DNA of 64,000 bases from an uncultured Chlamydiae bacterium. GTDB taxonomy: Bacteria > Chlamydiota > Chlamydiia > Chlamydiales > Parachlamydiaceae. Positions within the stretch are counted from its first letter, which is position 1, and each line of letters opens with the position of its first letter. The notes under the pieces were generated by a model. It saw nothing but the letters and a program-made list of their open reading frames with translations, made no database searches and was not told the origin of the DNA. The translations under genes and the position numbers were made by a program. Location: positions 96,001-160,000 of the forward strand of contig CAWHMU010000042.1 of the NCBI GenBank assembly GCA_963830365.1. Direction: 5' to 3'. This document shows, piece by piece, positions 19,667 through 29,387 of the stretch.

Positions 19667-20004
19667 ATGCGAAAGAATTTTTTACCCACGCATGGCGGTG
19701 ATGAGCAATTGTTCTCCTATCAGAAGGCGGAGATTGTCTATGATGCGACGGTATATTTTACGAGCAGGTTTTATCGTAAAGGGGATCGTCAATTATCGCG
19801 ATTTTCGCAGAGTGCGAGGGCTCATCGCTTGGACTAAAAATCACATTTATGCCAAGCGTTTGCGCGATCTCAATCGGCAGCAAATCACCGCTTAGGCAAC
19901 TTTTCAAAAGGGCAAGTGCGCAGGCTTGAGCAAGACTTCCTGAAAGAAGGGGGCTAAGAGAGCGTATGACCCGTGCCAGGTTAGAAGTTAGAAATAAATA
20001 TTGA
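19667..20004 (+). pseudogene. Internally deleted, frameshifted four-helix-bundle suffix-domain protein
   Basis: Successive blocks in shifting frames: MRKNFLPTHGGDEQLFSYQKAEIVYDATVYFTSRFYRKGDR / NYRDFRRVRGLIAWTKNHIYAKRLRDLNR / QVRRLEQDFLKEGG / RERMTRARLEVRNKY*. Confidence 0.8.
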
Positions 20005-20026
20005 AAGATGAAAGGCACTTTCGTTT

Positions 20027-20089
20027 GTCCCTTAGGTCTCTTAGGTCCTTTAGGTCCCTTGTCCTTTGTCTTTGTCCCTTATGTCCTTT
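20027..20089 (-). repeat. Right arm of GGAC-type inverted repeat
   Basis: gtcccttag-gtctcttag-gtcctttag-gtccctt..., reverse complement of the 19621-19660 pattern. Confidence 0.75.
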
Positions 20090-20107
20090 GAACCCTAGGT
20101 ATATAGC

Positions 20108-21145
20108 ATGCATATCGATAAGTCCGATTTATTGTTGGCGGCGGCCGAGGCGGGGATTTCCCAAAGGCAGGCTGACGAGCTTTGGACAGCCTTGGCGGCC
20201 AAAGCCAAGCCAGGCACCAAGTTTGACATTTCGCAGGTGCTGTATTATATCGGCGCTATGATGGTGATGGTGGCGATGGGATGGTTTTTAGGGCTGGGTT
20301 GGGAGCATTTTGGCGACAAGGGGATTTTCGTCATCGCGTTGGCATATATGGCCTTGTTTGTCGTGGCCGGCCATGCCTTATGGCGCAAAGATGATCTTAA
20401 AGTGCCTGGCGGCTTGTTTATTACGGTTGCGGTGGTTTTGATTCCATTGGCCATCTATGCTTTCCAGCGAATGACCGGCTGGTGGGTGTTTGACAATCCC
20501 GGTCAATACCACGATTACTACACATGGGTGAGGGGGGGCTGGTTTTTGATGGAAGTGGGCACCTTGATAGGCGGGTGTGTGGCTGTGTCATTTTATCGCT
20601 TTCCATTTTTGACAGCGCCGCTCTTTTTCACGCTGTGGTTCATGTCGATGGATATCACGCCGTTACTTTTCAAAGGTTCGGCTGATCTGTGGACGGACCG
20701 CTTATGGGTATCGATAGTCTTTGGTCTGGCCATGCTGGTGATGGCCTATCTGATCGATCGCAAGACGCAGGCGGATTTTGCTTTTTGGGGGTATTTCTTT
20801 GGCACGCTGGCCTTTTGGTTTGGCATTTCCTTGTTCGAAACTAAGTCTGAGTTTTGGAATTTCCTCTATTGTCTTATCAATATCGTCTTAGTACTTATGT
20901 CGGTGTTTTTTGATAGGAAGGTGTTTTTGATTTTCGGTGCTTTTGGGATTCTCACCTATATATCGTCGTTATTTTACCGCCATTTTGCCGATTCAGTGTT
21001 GTTCCCGTTTATCTTAAGCCTGATCGGCGTGGCGGTGGTGTTTGTGGGGGTGTGGTATCACAGGCATCATCAAAAGATTGAGCAAGCACTATTGGATTTA
21101 GTGCCCCAGGGGCTTAGGGAATGGCTGCCAAGGTCCAGGCACTGA
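20108..21145 (+). CDS. Multi-pass membrane protein (DUF2157-like)
   Basis: N-terminal GIS..QA..L motif followed by ~10 TM segments. Confidence 0.75.
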   Translation: MHIDKSDLLLAAAEAGISQRQADELWTALAAKAKPGTKFDISQVLYYIGAMMVMVAMGWFLGLGWEHFGDKGIFVIALAYMALFVVAGHALWRKDDLKVPGGLFITVAVVLIPLAIYAFQRMTGWWVFDNPGQYHDYYTWVRGGWFLMEVGTLIGGCVAVSFYRFPFLTAPLFFTLWFMSMDITPLLFKGSADLWTDRLWVSIVFGLAMLVMAYLIDRKTQADFAFWGYFFGTLAFWFGISLFETKSEFWNFLYCLINIVLVLMSVFFDRKVFLIFGAFGILTYISSLFYRHFADSVLFPFILSLIGVAVVFVGVWYHRHHQKIEQALLDLVPQGLREWLPRSRH

Positions 21146-21304
21146 AAATCTGAGAAGTGCAATTTTAGGGGTCTGCCGTAGAGTCACAGCCCCAATTGCA
21201 GATGAATGACGATATCTATTGCACAAAAATCACGCCCTATGTGATAATCCACACTTGTAATAAAATAAATCTGCCACACTTGATAAATCCGTAGAGGAGA
21301 ACAA

Positions 21305-21922
21305 ATGGCTCGTTATACTGGCAATAAAAACCGCGTTGCACGTCGCTTTGGTACCAATATCTTCGGTCGCGCTCGCAATCCGCTGCTCCACAAACCAAAT
21401 CCACCTGGTGTGCATGGGGCGCGTCGTCGCAAGAAATCAGACTACGGTCTGCAGCTTGAAGAAAAGCAGAAACTCAAAGCCATTTATGGCATGTTGAGTG
21501 AAAAGCAGTTGGTAAACTACTACAAAAAAGCGTTGTGCCGACCAGGTATCACCGCTCAGCACTTTGCTGAAATGCTAGAATGCCGCCTCGATAATATTGT
21601 GTACCGCTTGAAGTTTGCGTCCACAATTTTCGGCGCGCACCAGCTCGTTTCACATGGACATATCCTTGTTAACGGAAAGAAAGTCGACCGCCGCTCATTC
21701 CAAGTTGAGCCAGGTATGGTTATTTCCATTAAAGAGAAATCCCGCGCTGTAAAAGCCATTGTCGAAGCTCTCAATGGCTCACGTTCCGTGCCCGAATATC
21801 TCTCGCATGATCCTGCGCATTTCTCAGGACAATTGCTGGCGATGCCGCTGACGGATCAGTTGCCATGGCCGATTGAAATCAATCTGCCTGAAATCTGCGA
21901 CTTCCTGGCCCACACGACCTAA
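21305..21922 (+). CDS. rpsD: 30S ribosomal protein S4
   Basis: [31 protein letters not shown] and [12 protein letters not shown] motifs. Confidence 0.98.
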   Translation: MARYTGNKNRVARRFGTNIFGRARNPLLHKPNPPGVHGARRRKKSDYGLQLEEKQKLKAIYGMLSEKQLVNYYKKALCRPGITAQHFAEMLECRLDNIVYRLKFASTIFGAHQLVSHGHILVNGKKVDRRSFQVEPGMVISIKEKSRAVKAIVEALNGSRSVPEYLSHDPAHFSGQLLAMPLTDQLPWPIEINLPEICDFLAHTT

Positions 21923-21942
21923 TCGTTGCTGTCAATTTTTCT

Positions 21943-21970
21943 GGCAAGGGGCCTCGCCCCTTGCCTATTT
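21943..21970 (+). terminator. rpsD terminator
   Basis: ggcaaggggc-ctc-gccccttgcc stem followed by tatttt. Confidence 0.75.
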
Positions 21971-22103
21971 TCCAACAAATTCATTTCTTCAAATCAAGTT
22001 CCGGGACTAACGTCCGTTTTCTCCACTGTTTTCCAATTTTAAAGCTAAAAAGTGCATCCACCGATGGCAAGGGCTGACACTGTTTTTGTAAGCGTTGAGT
22101 ATT

Positions 22104-22420
22104 TACGGTTCATCCTACAAATGGTATCTGTTCACGGGAGCAAACCATACATCAGGCCTTCAGCCTGAGATATTTGGGTGTTTTACCTAGGGCGTTGCCC
22201 TAGGCTATTATATGTCAGGGCGTTGCCCTAGGCTATTATATGTCAGGGCGTTGCCCTGAGAACAATGTTCAGGCTGAAAGCTTGATTTATAAAAGCCTAG
22301 GGCTTCGCCCTAGGTGAAATATATAAACCACTCAGGTTGATAGCCTGATATATGGTTTATGATCCCATGAACATGTACTACAAAATGGGTGTCAACCGCT
22401 CATTTGTGGGATGAACTGTA
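22104..22420. mobile_element. MITE-like element with terminal IRs enclosing REP-like hairpins
   Basis: tacggttcatcctacaaatg ... catttgtgggatgaactgta (18/20 IR, TA at both ends); nested IR; repeated agggcgttgccct hairpins with a 28-bp tandem duplication. Confidence 0.65.
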
Positions 22421-22512
22421 TTTATCAGGTCGTCTTTATAAAATCTTTATAATCATAGTTTATAATCGTTATGGATTGAATTATTAATAATGATAAACTA
22501 AAGGATTTTCCA

Positions 22513-23523
22513 ATGAATGGATTACCATGTACCTCTTTAAGTCCGGTGGACTATAATGCCGGCTGGCTGGATATGGCTGCGGCTGTCACCCCCCATGTGG
22601 TAGCCGTTTTGCCGGCGCTAATTTCTGATGTGATGCGTGTTAGCGCACTCGGACTGTGTTTGCGGAATATTTTCTCACCATCAAGCTGCTTAAAAGCAGT
22701 AGCCCTCTCAGAAATTGGGGCTAGTCTGCAGAACTTTGTATGGTCGCTGATAAGTCCTCCGCCTTGTCCCAATAAATCCTTAATCCCTGTGGAAGAAATG
22801 GTTGAAAAACGCCTGGAGAAGGTATGGGACAAGGTTTATTTAAAGTCGAGCCTGGCTCAACAGCCACAGGCGATATATAGCAGCAATTCATTTGGTCAAA
22901 TGACCACTTCAGAGAAGCCAATAACAGAACATGAGTCAATGTTCGAATTGGATAAAACAATGCTCACAAAGCAATATCACCAGCTGCAAAACGAGTACAA
23001 CAAGCTTTTTAGCGAGCTGAATGCTGAACAGCAAGAATTTGTTCAAAGTGCTATAGCGGGATCCGAAAATTTGGAGTGCTATAACAGCAGGGCATGTCAG
23101 CTTTCTGAAAAGCTGTCTAGCATTGCCAATCTGCCTTCAGAGATAGCTACCAAGCTCACAAAGTTGTCGATATTCACTTCTGTATCACGTCGTTCAAGCA
23201 CAGTTGTCATGGCCGCCATGGCAGCGATAGCTGGACTTTTTGCCGCGGGACAAAATGCAGCTGATGCAGGTGATGTATCCCCACTTAGATTGGCCTTGGG
23301 CATTACCGGCGAGCTTTCCCTGGCTATAGTAAATAAGGGCGCAGAAGCCTTGGCTGAGCACTCAGTGAAGGGATTAGCGCTTTTCTCTGCGGTGGATGGC
23401 TTTGCCAAAATAAAGGCCTCGATTGAATCGACACAAGAGCAAGAGTTAGAAGCTAATATTGTAGATGCTATTGTGCTAGGTAAGGTTAGTAACAAGTTTG
23501 CTATGATCCGAGCAATGTTATAA
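22513..23523 (+). CDS. Hypothetical protein with coiled-coil and hydrophobic segments
   Basis: 336-aa ORF with AT-rich upstream region; no recognised family. Confidence 0.65.
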   Translation: MNGLPCTSLSPVDYNAGWLDMAAAVTPHVVAVLPALISDVMRVSALGLCLRNIFSPSSCLKAVALSEIGASLQNFVWSLISPPPCPNKSLIPVEEMVEKRLEKVWDKVYLKSSLAQQPQAIYSSNSFGQMTTSEKPITEHESMFELDKTMLTKQYHQLQNEYNKLFSELNAEQQEFVQSAIAGSENLECYNSRACQLSEKLSSIANLPSEIATKLTKLSIFTSVSRRSSTVVMAAMAAIAGLFAAGQNAADAGDVSPLRLALGITGELSLAIVNKGAEALAEHSVKGLALFSAVDGFAKIKASIESTQEQELEANIVDAIVLGKVSNKFAMIRAML

Positions 23524-23582
23524 GCTGAAATTCATGCTGGGTCATCGACGAATATGGAAACAGCAGACGTAACATTTGCTGG

Positions 23583-25250
23583 TTAAAGTCCGCTGCGTCC
23601 ATATTCGTCCACTCTGTCCGCCCTGTCCGCTTGATCCATGCTAGTCCTTGACCGTCCCTGATCATTCATTTTCGAGAATAAAAAGTGCCAGCCGCCGGCG
23701 GCGGCGAAGATGGCGATGAAGAGCGTGCCGCTTGCGGCCAGATGCAGGATTTGGCTTAAGAAGGGGATTTCGTAGCGCGGGATTTGGCCCTGCAAGACTT
23801 TCACCGCTTTGCACTCTCCCCAAACAAGGTAGTCGGCGGCGATGACGCCACAGGCGGCCAGGAGTGTAGCCATAAGGATTTTGCGGCAGCTAGGCAGCCA
23901 TTTGGCTGTCAGTGTTTTGCCGGCAAAAGGGGCTGTTTTGGTGAGGGCGATCGCTAGCCAGGTATAATTGAACCAGGCGCTGACACTGGTGGCGACAGCT
24001 ACGCTGGCAGATCCCAGTCCTAAGGCTGCGATCATCAGCGTGTTTAAGGCCACGTTCATCAGCATGGAGGCAGCAGCGGCCGTCGATGGCGTGCGGTAGT
24101 CGCCTCTTGCATAAAACGCCGGTGCCAAGATCAGCACAAGCGCCATGGGGATGAGACCGACGGTGTATCCCCATAGGCATTGGGTGGTGCCCACCACGGA
24201 GGTGTTGGGAAAATGTCCGTGTCCATAAATCAGCGCGATGCAGCCGTCACCCATGATGAATAACAGCATAGTCACAGGGATCATGAAAGCCAGCGTGCGC
24301 ATGATGGCGAAATCCAGGAATTGACCGAATTGGGAGAGGTTGTTGCTCTTGATGGCGCGCGAAAGAGGGGGCAGCAGGGCGCCGGCGATGGCTACGCCGA
24401 AAAGGGCTAGCGGCAGCTGCTGCAGGCGGATGGCATACCACAACAGGGCAGGGCCCTCGGCATCGGCCCAGCGCGCAAAGACGGCATCGAGGGCGTTGTT
24501 GATCTGGGAGGCGGCGATGCCAAGGATGCCGAGCGACAGGGGTTTAGCCAGGCGCAGGACGTCTGCCGAAAACCATTTCGTGCCATTCCATAGATGTGTG
24601 AGACCATAACCTTTCAATAGGGTATAGCTTTTTGGAAGCGTGATGGCCCATTGGGCAAAGCAGGCGGCGATGATAAAAAGTGCCAATGTCGTCATGGCGC
24701 TTTCCGCCGGCAGAAAATAGGTGCAGGCCACGCCTGCGATCCAGCAGAGGTTGAAGACCACTGGAGCTGCGCTTGGCACAAAATAGCTTTTTTCGCACTG
24801 CAAGAGCGAGGCGTTGATGCCGAAGAGGCAGATGAAGAGCAAGCTCGGCATCATCAGCAAGGTGAGCCAGGCGATATCGGCATTGCCGGCATTAAGGACG
24901 TCGAAGGCCAGCAGGCCGCCGATGGCACCCATGATAGCCAGGATGAGCAGGAAGAGCAGGCCAGTCAGGCTGAAGGCTAAGTCGCAGAAGAATCTGCCGG
25001 CGCGCTTTGGATCCTGCGCGCGCAGCTCTTCAAAATGGGGGATTAAGGCCGTCTGCATGGCGCCTTCGCCCAAGAGGCGGCGCAGCAGATGGGCAAAGCG
25101 GAAGGCTACCAGCAGGGCGGCGACAGCGCTTTGCGTGCCGAAGGCATACGCCATAGCCATATCGCGCGCAAGGCCGCTGATACGGCTGAGCATGGTGCCG
25201 GAGAAAAATCGCGCCGCCGAGCGCCAGATGGTATGGGTGGTGTCGGACAT
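23583..25250 (-). CDS. murJ: Lipid II flippase MurJ (MviN)
   Basis: SRISGLARD, RRLLGEGAM, RLQQLPLALFG and AFYARGD motifs. Confidence 0.93.
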   Translation of the reverse strand: MSDTTHTIWRSAARFFSGTMLSRISGLARDMAMAYAFGTQSAVAALLVAFRFAHLLRRLLGEGAMQTALIPHFEELRAQDPKRAGRFFCDLAFSLTGLLFLLILAIMGAIGGLLAFDVLNAGNADIAWLTLLMMPSLLFICLFGINASLLQCEKSYFVPSAAPVVFNLCWIAGVACTYFLPAESAMTTLALFIIAACFAQWAITLPKSYTLLKGYGLTHLWNGTKWFSADVLRLAKPLSLGILGIAASQINNALDAVFARWADAEGPALLWYAIRLQQLPLALFGVAIAGALLPPLSRAIKSNNLSQFGQFLDFAIMRTLAFMIPVTMLLFIMGDGCIALIYGHGHFPNTSVVGTTQCLWGYTVGLIPMALVLILAPAFYARGDYRTPSTAAAASMLMNVALNTLMIAALGLGSASVAVATSVSAWFNYTWLAIALTKTAPFAGKTLTAKWLPSCRKILMATLLAACGVIAADYLVWGECKAVKVLQGQIPRYEIPFLSQILHLAASGTLFIAIFAAAGGWHFLFSKMNDQGRSRTSMDQADRADRVDEYGRSGL

Positions 25251-25286
25251 GGAAAGCTTGCTATTAAAGGTTTATTGTAAGTGCCT

Positions 25287-25415
25287 GAATGGACGAAGCG
25301 GACGAGGCGGACAGCAGCCAATGGACGAAGCGGACATTAGCAACGGAATCGTGCCGTTACCAAAGCGTTCAAAACGTCCGCTTCGTCCATTAGCTGCTGT
25401 CCGCTTCGTCCATTC
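25287..25415. repeat. ATGGAC/GTCCAT-type inverted repeat cluster
   Basis: Two atggacgaagcggac copies followed by two gtccgcttcgtccat copies. Confidence 0.8.
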
Positions 25416-25497
25416 GGACATGAATTTACCTTATTATGCTTCGGATATCAAATGAAATCGGGCATGGGCACACACACTGGCACGGGAAGGAAGTTGT

Positions 25498-27618
25498 CTA
25501 AGCGTCCTCGACGATGACAAAACCCTCAGGATGCATGGGAGCAAGCTTGCCGATAGCCAGTTTGCCTTCAAAATAGTCGCGGTAGACTTTGATGCCCTGT
25601 TCAGCATTGCGCACGCAATAAAAGCAGTTGCTGATCCACTCGGAGCCTTTGATGGTGCCGTTAGCGAGGTTGCATTTGAAGCGGCTGGTGATTTTGCTGC
25701 GCCAGTATTCCGGCTCGCCAAACATCAGGATGGGATGCGATGGCACGGCTCCCACCTTGCGGCGCACCTCTTCCAGGCAATATTCAAAGTCGGTGCCGAT
25801 ACCGCCGGTAAGTAATATTGGAAAATCCAAATTGAACTCCGCCTGCCGCTCCACCAGTTTGTCCAGGCGATAAGTCATTTTGGCCTGGATGAAGGGGTTT
25901 TGCTTTTGCTCATTGACGACGGAGATATCTTTTTGACGGAAGTCAACGATATTGGCGCATGATAAAATGTTAAGCTCTTTAGCCACGCGGTTGCCAACTT
26001 CCATGGCTCCCGGTCCGCCGCCTGTAACCAGGGCAAGGGGGGTGCCGGCATGCAGCAAGGGGTGGTTCACTTCGGACCGCATATCGATGACGCCTTGCAG
26101 CAGGCGGCGCAGTTCATCTTCAAAATTCCCTTCCAGCAGATTGGAGCCATAGATGCCGAATACCGTCGATTTAAGAAAGGCCTCGACGTGTTGCTGTGGT
26201 ACGAACATACCCGAATCTTGGTCCGGTTTTTGCGTATAGTGCAGGATGTTGCCGGTGGCTTCATCGACCCAGTATACGGGAATACCGAAATTTTCAAGAT
26301 CATGCAGCAGGGCGCGATCTTCGGCGGAGAAGAAGCTTTGATGTGATTGCGAAGGATACTGGAAATAGATCCCCTTCAGGCAGCGTTGCACCTGGTCGCT
26401 CAGCAGCATGCGCTTCATCAAAGGGGAGGGGAAATAGCGCGTCAGCAGGATTCCCTGGCTGGTGATCCAGCCGGCATCGATGCTTTTTAGGAATGGGTAG
26501 GATGGTTGCTGCTCGATGTAGCGTTCGACCATCAGCGCCTGGCGCGTGCTGTGGGCGCTGCCGGGGAATTCGTGCTGGCGCGTTTCGCGGCAGATCCAAT
26601 CATCAGGCTTAAGGTTGAGCATCTGCTCGCCTTTGACAATGAAGACCGCGGCGCGATGTTCCATGGGTTGGGGGGCGGTGGCGAAGGCTTTAAACAGCGA
26701 GGTGTTATCTTCGAGGCATTCTTGCAATTGGTCGCGGTCGGAGAAGAAGACATACTCGCGGTAAGGTTCCAGCGTGTAAAATTCCAACGGGATATCGGTC
26801 AGCTCGCGTTTGCTGTGTCCGTAAAGTTCATAAATGTCACCGGAAGCTGAGGTGTCGGGCTGCAGGATGGCGGCTGAGGTGTGGTGGAAGCCGGGAGACA
26901 GCAGTTCGCTGACGACGCGGCCAAAGACCGTGCGGATATGCAGCGGCAGAGTGCGCACGAGCAGGATATCATCTTCTTCGACATTGCGGGGGGCAAAAGG
27001 TTTCCACTCCTGATGCAAGCCCACCAGTTCGCGCGTGTGCATATTGGCCCGCAAAGCTTTGCCAAGCGTTGGCAGAAAGCCGTAGAGCGATTGTTCATAA
27101 GCAACTTTTCCATTCTGCAGTGTCAGATAGGCAATGGTGCGCCCGTCGACCTTATCGAGGATGAGATCGTTGCTGCCTTGCAAGCCGCCGAGAGAAAGCA
27201 GGGGGCTGCCGAAGCGGTCGGAACGGCCGAACATGCGGCTAAGGTAATCGGGATCGCGCACGCGCCGCCGTTCATCGGCAGCAAATAGTTTGCCGATGAA
27301 AGTGCCCAAGTGCAGGTGTTGCAGCAGTTCTGCCGCAAAGGGTCCTAGAGCTTTTAAGAGGACCTTTACTTGCGCGCTGTGGCTTTTTTCGTTTAGTTCG
27401 AACGCCAGTCCGATGCCATCCAAACCAACTTGTGCCAAAGTGCTCTTGATGTTGAAAAGTACGTGCTCTTTGGGGATGCGGAAGCCGACAAAGGCCGGGG
27501 AGATTTTTTCGATGAAGACGACAGCTTCCGCTGTTTTGGCATCAATGTGCGTGATGTTGGTAATGGCCCCATCGGGGGTGACCAAATCGTAGGGTTTGAG
27601 ATCTAGATAGCTTTCCAT
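25498..27618 (-). CDS. Conserved chlamydial protein with C-terminal LOG/lysine-decarboxylase-like domain
   Basis: TGGGPGAME and GGIGTDFE motifs; divergent from MYG1-hit as in Chlamydia. Confidence 0.8.
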   Translation of the reverse strand: MESYLDLKPYDLVTPDGAITNITHIDAKTAEAVVFIEKISPAFVGFRIPKEHVLFNIKSTLAQVGLDGIGLAFELNEKSHSAQVKVLLKALGPFAAELLQHLHLGTFIGKLFAADERRRVRDPDYLSRMFGRSDRFGSPLLSLGGLQGSNDLILDKVDGRTIAYLTLQNGKVAYEQSLYGFLPTLGKALRANMHTRELVGLHQEWKPFAPRNVEEDDILLVRTLPLHIRTVFGRVVSELLSPGFHHTSAAILQPDTSASGDIYELYGHSKRELTDIPLEFYTLEPYREYVFFSDRDQLQECLEDNTSLFKAFATAPQPMEHRAAVFIVKGEQMLNLKPDDWICRETRQHEFPGSAHSTRQALMVERYIEQQPSYPFLKSIDAGWITSQGILLTRYFPSPLMKRMLLSDQVQRCLKGIYFQYPSQSHQSFFSAEDRALLHDLENFGIPVYWVDEATGNILHYTQKPDQDSGMFVPQQHVEAFLKSTVFGIYGSNLLEGNFEDELRRLLQGVIDMRSEVNHPLLHAGTPLALVTGGGPGAMEVGNRVAKELNILSCANIVDFRQKDISVVNEQKQNPFIQAKMTYRLDKLVERQAEFNLDFPILLTGGIGTDFEYCLEEVRRKVGAVPSHPILMFGEPEYWRSKITSRFKCNLANGTIKGSEWISNCFYCVRNAEQGIKVYRDYFEGKLAIGKLAPMHPEGFVIVEDA

Positions 27619-28138
27619 ACTGTAGTCCGATCAAAAAATGTGATCATGCAAGGTAGCAGACTTTTGGGCAAGAGGGTTTTTTTAGGCACTGAAGTATGCC
27701 TTATGTACGCCAAATATTGGTAAGTAGTTGAAGTTAAGGCCGTGGGTTTTGTGGGTTATCTGTTGATAACAAAAAACAAGTGGCGATTATTTATGGCGTT
27801 TGCCGCCGGTGTGTATGTGGGAAATGAAATCTAGGGGAAATGATAATTTTTATTAAGCATTGATAATAAAGTATTTGCAATATACCGGGGTTTGTCTGTT
27901 AGATCTTATGGGGCAGATAGGGTTCGCAGCTTTCCCTCACAGTGACTGGTGAACGGTTGTTCATAACTCAACTGTTCGATAGTCCTTTTACTTAATAATT
28001 CCATCTGCCATAATCGATTTTTTGATAGAGAAGTTTCTGGCAAAAGGCGTTGCTAGAGCAAAGCAAGCTTGGTTGATCATCGATAAATGTAACGACACCA
28101 ATGAACGTCCTATGAATGATATCTGTATGAGGAGCGCA

Positions 28139-29026
28139 ATGGAAAATAGCGCCAAAATTCCGCGAAGCTTTGGTACACATGATGGCACATTTCATGCCGA
28201 CGAAGTGACGGCATGTGCTTTGTTGCTGCTTTTTAACATCATCGATGAAGATAAAATTATACGTACGCGCAATCTTGAAGAGCTTTCGCGCTGCGAATAT
28301 GTTTGCGATGTGGGCGGCATTTATGACCCAGCCCGCAAGCTATTCGACCATCATCAAATGGACTATCAAGGGCCGATGAGCAGTGCGGGGATGATACTTT
28401 TGTACCTGCAGCAAATCGGCATGCTGACACCCAAAGAGCACGATTTCTTCTACCAGGTCATCATCATGGGTGTTGATGCCCATGACAATGGCAGAGAGCT
28501 GCATAGCAAAGGGGTGACGACCTATTCCCATATCATTTCCAATTTTACGCCAATTTTGTATGATGTCGACTCCACCGTCCAGAATGCAGCCTTCTTTGAA
28601 GCGCTGGCATTTGCCAGGGGGCATTTTGAAAGGATGTGGAAACGCTATCAATACATGCATTCGTGCCGTCAGCAGGTTGCCGATGCCATGGCGCAAGGCA
28701 AAGATTGCCTCATATTCGACAAAAGCATTCCCTGGCTTGAGATTTTCTTTGAACTGGAGGGGGCCAAACACCCCGCCAAATTTGTCATTATGCCGGCAGA
28801 CCAGCATTGGAAGCTGCGCGGCATCCCGCCGACGCTTGAAGAAAAGATGAAGGTGCGCCATCCGCTGCCAAAAGAGTGGGCAGGGCTGCTTGAGAATGAA
28901 TTATGCAAGGTATCCGGCATCAAAGGTGCCATTTTCTGCCATAAAGGCAGATTCATCTCTGTTTGGGAGACGCGCGAAGACGCGCTTAAAGCCCTGAATT
29001 ATGTTTTAGGAACGGCTCATAAATAA
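28139..29026 (+). CDS. MYG1-family exonuclease/hydrolase
   Basis: THDGTFHADE, DVGGIYD...FDHHQ and FCHKGRF motifs; GAGGAG RBS before ATG 28139. Confidence 0.93.
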   Translation: MENSAKIPRSFGTHDGTFHADEVTACALLLLFNIIDEDKIIRTRNLEELSRCEYVCDVGGIYDPARKLFDHHQMDYQGPMSSAGMILLYLQQIGMLTPKEHDFFYQVIIMGVDAHDNGRELHSKGVTTYSHIISNFTPILYDVDSTVQNAAFFEALAFARGHFERMWKRYQYMHSCRQQVADAMAQGKDCLIFDKSIPWLEIFFELEGAKHPAKFVIMPADQHWKLRGIPPTLEEKMKVRHPLPKEWAGLLENELCKVSGIKGAIFCHKGRFISVWETREDALKALNYVLGTAHK

Positions 29027-29038
29027 AAAGAAGATATC

Positions 29039-29380
29039 ATGGCTGAAAAATCGCTATTCAGTAAGATCATCAGCGGCGAGTTGCCGGCTGATAAAGTCTT
29101 TGAAAATGAACGCATTGTGGCTTTTAAGGACCTTTATCCGGCAGCGCCTGTACATATATTGATTGTCCCCAAAAAAGAGATCGCCGATATTCAATCCGTC
29201 TCTGCCGAAGATTTGCCCTTGATCGGCGAAATGGTGGCTGTCGCTCAAACGCTGGCGCAGCGCTTCGGCATCGCCGATGGTTATCGCCTGCTCACGAACA
29301 ATGGCTTGCCGGCCGGTCAAACGATTTTCCATCTGCATTTCCACCTGCTTGGCGGCCGACAGCTGGGACCTCTAGCATAA
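29039..29380 (+). CDS. hinT: HIT-family nucleotide-binding protein
   Basis: HLHFHLLGG triad; P.APVHILIVPK motif. Confidence 0.93.
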   Translation: MAEKSLFSKIISGELPADKVFENERIVAFKDLYPAAPVHILIVPKKEIADIQSVSAEDLPLIGEMVAVAQTLAQRFGIADGYRLLTNNGLPAGQTIFHLHFHLLGGRQLGPLA

Positions 29381-29387
29381 TTTCGAT

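Noticed and set aside
19667..20004. Diversity-generating retroelement (Avd-like gene)
   Set aside because: No reverse transcriptase and no TR/VR pair with adenine-specific mismatches seen in the window.
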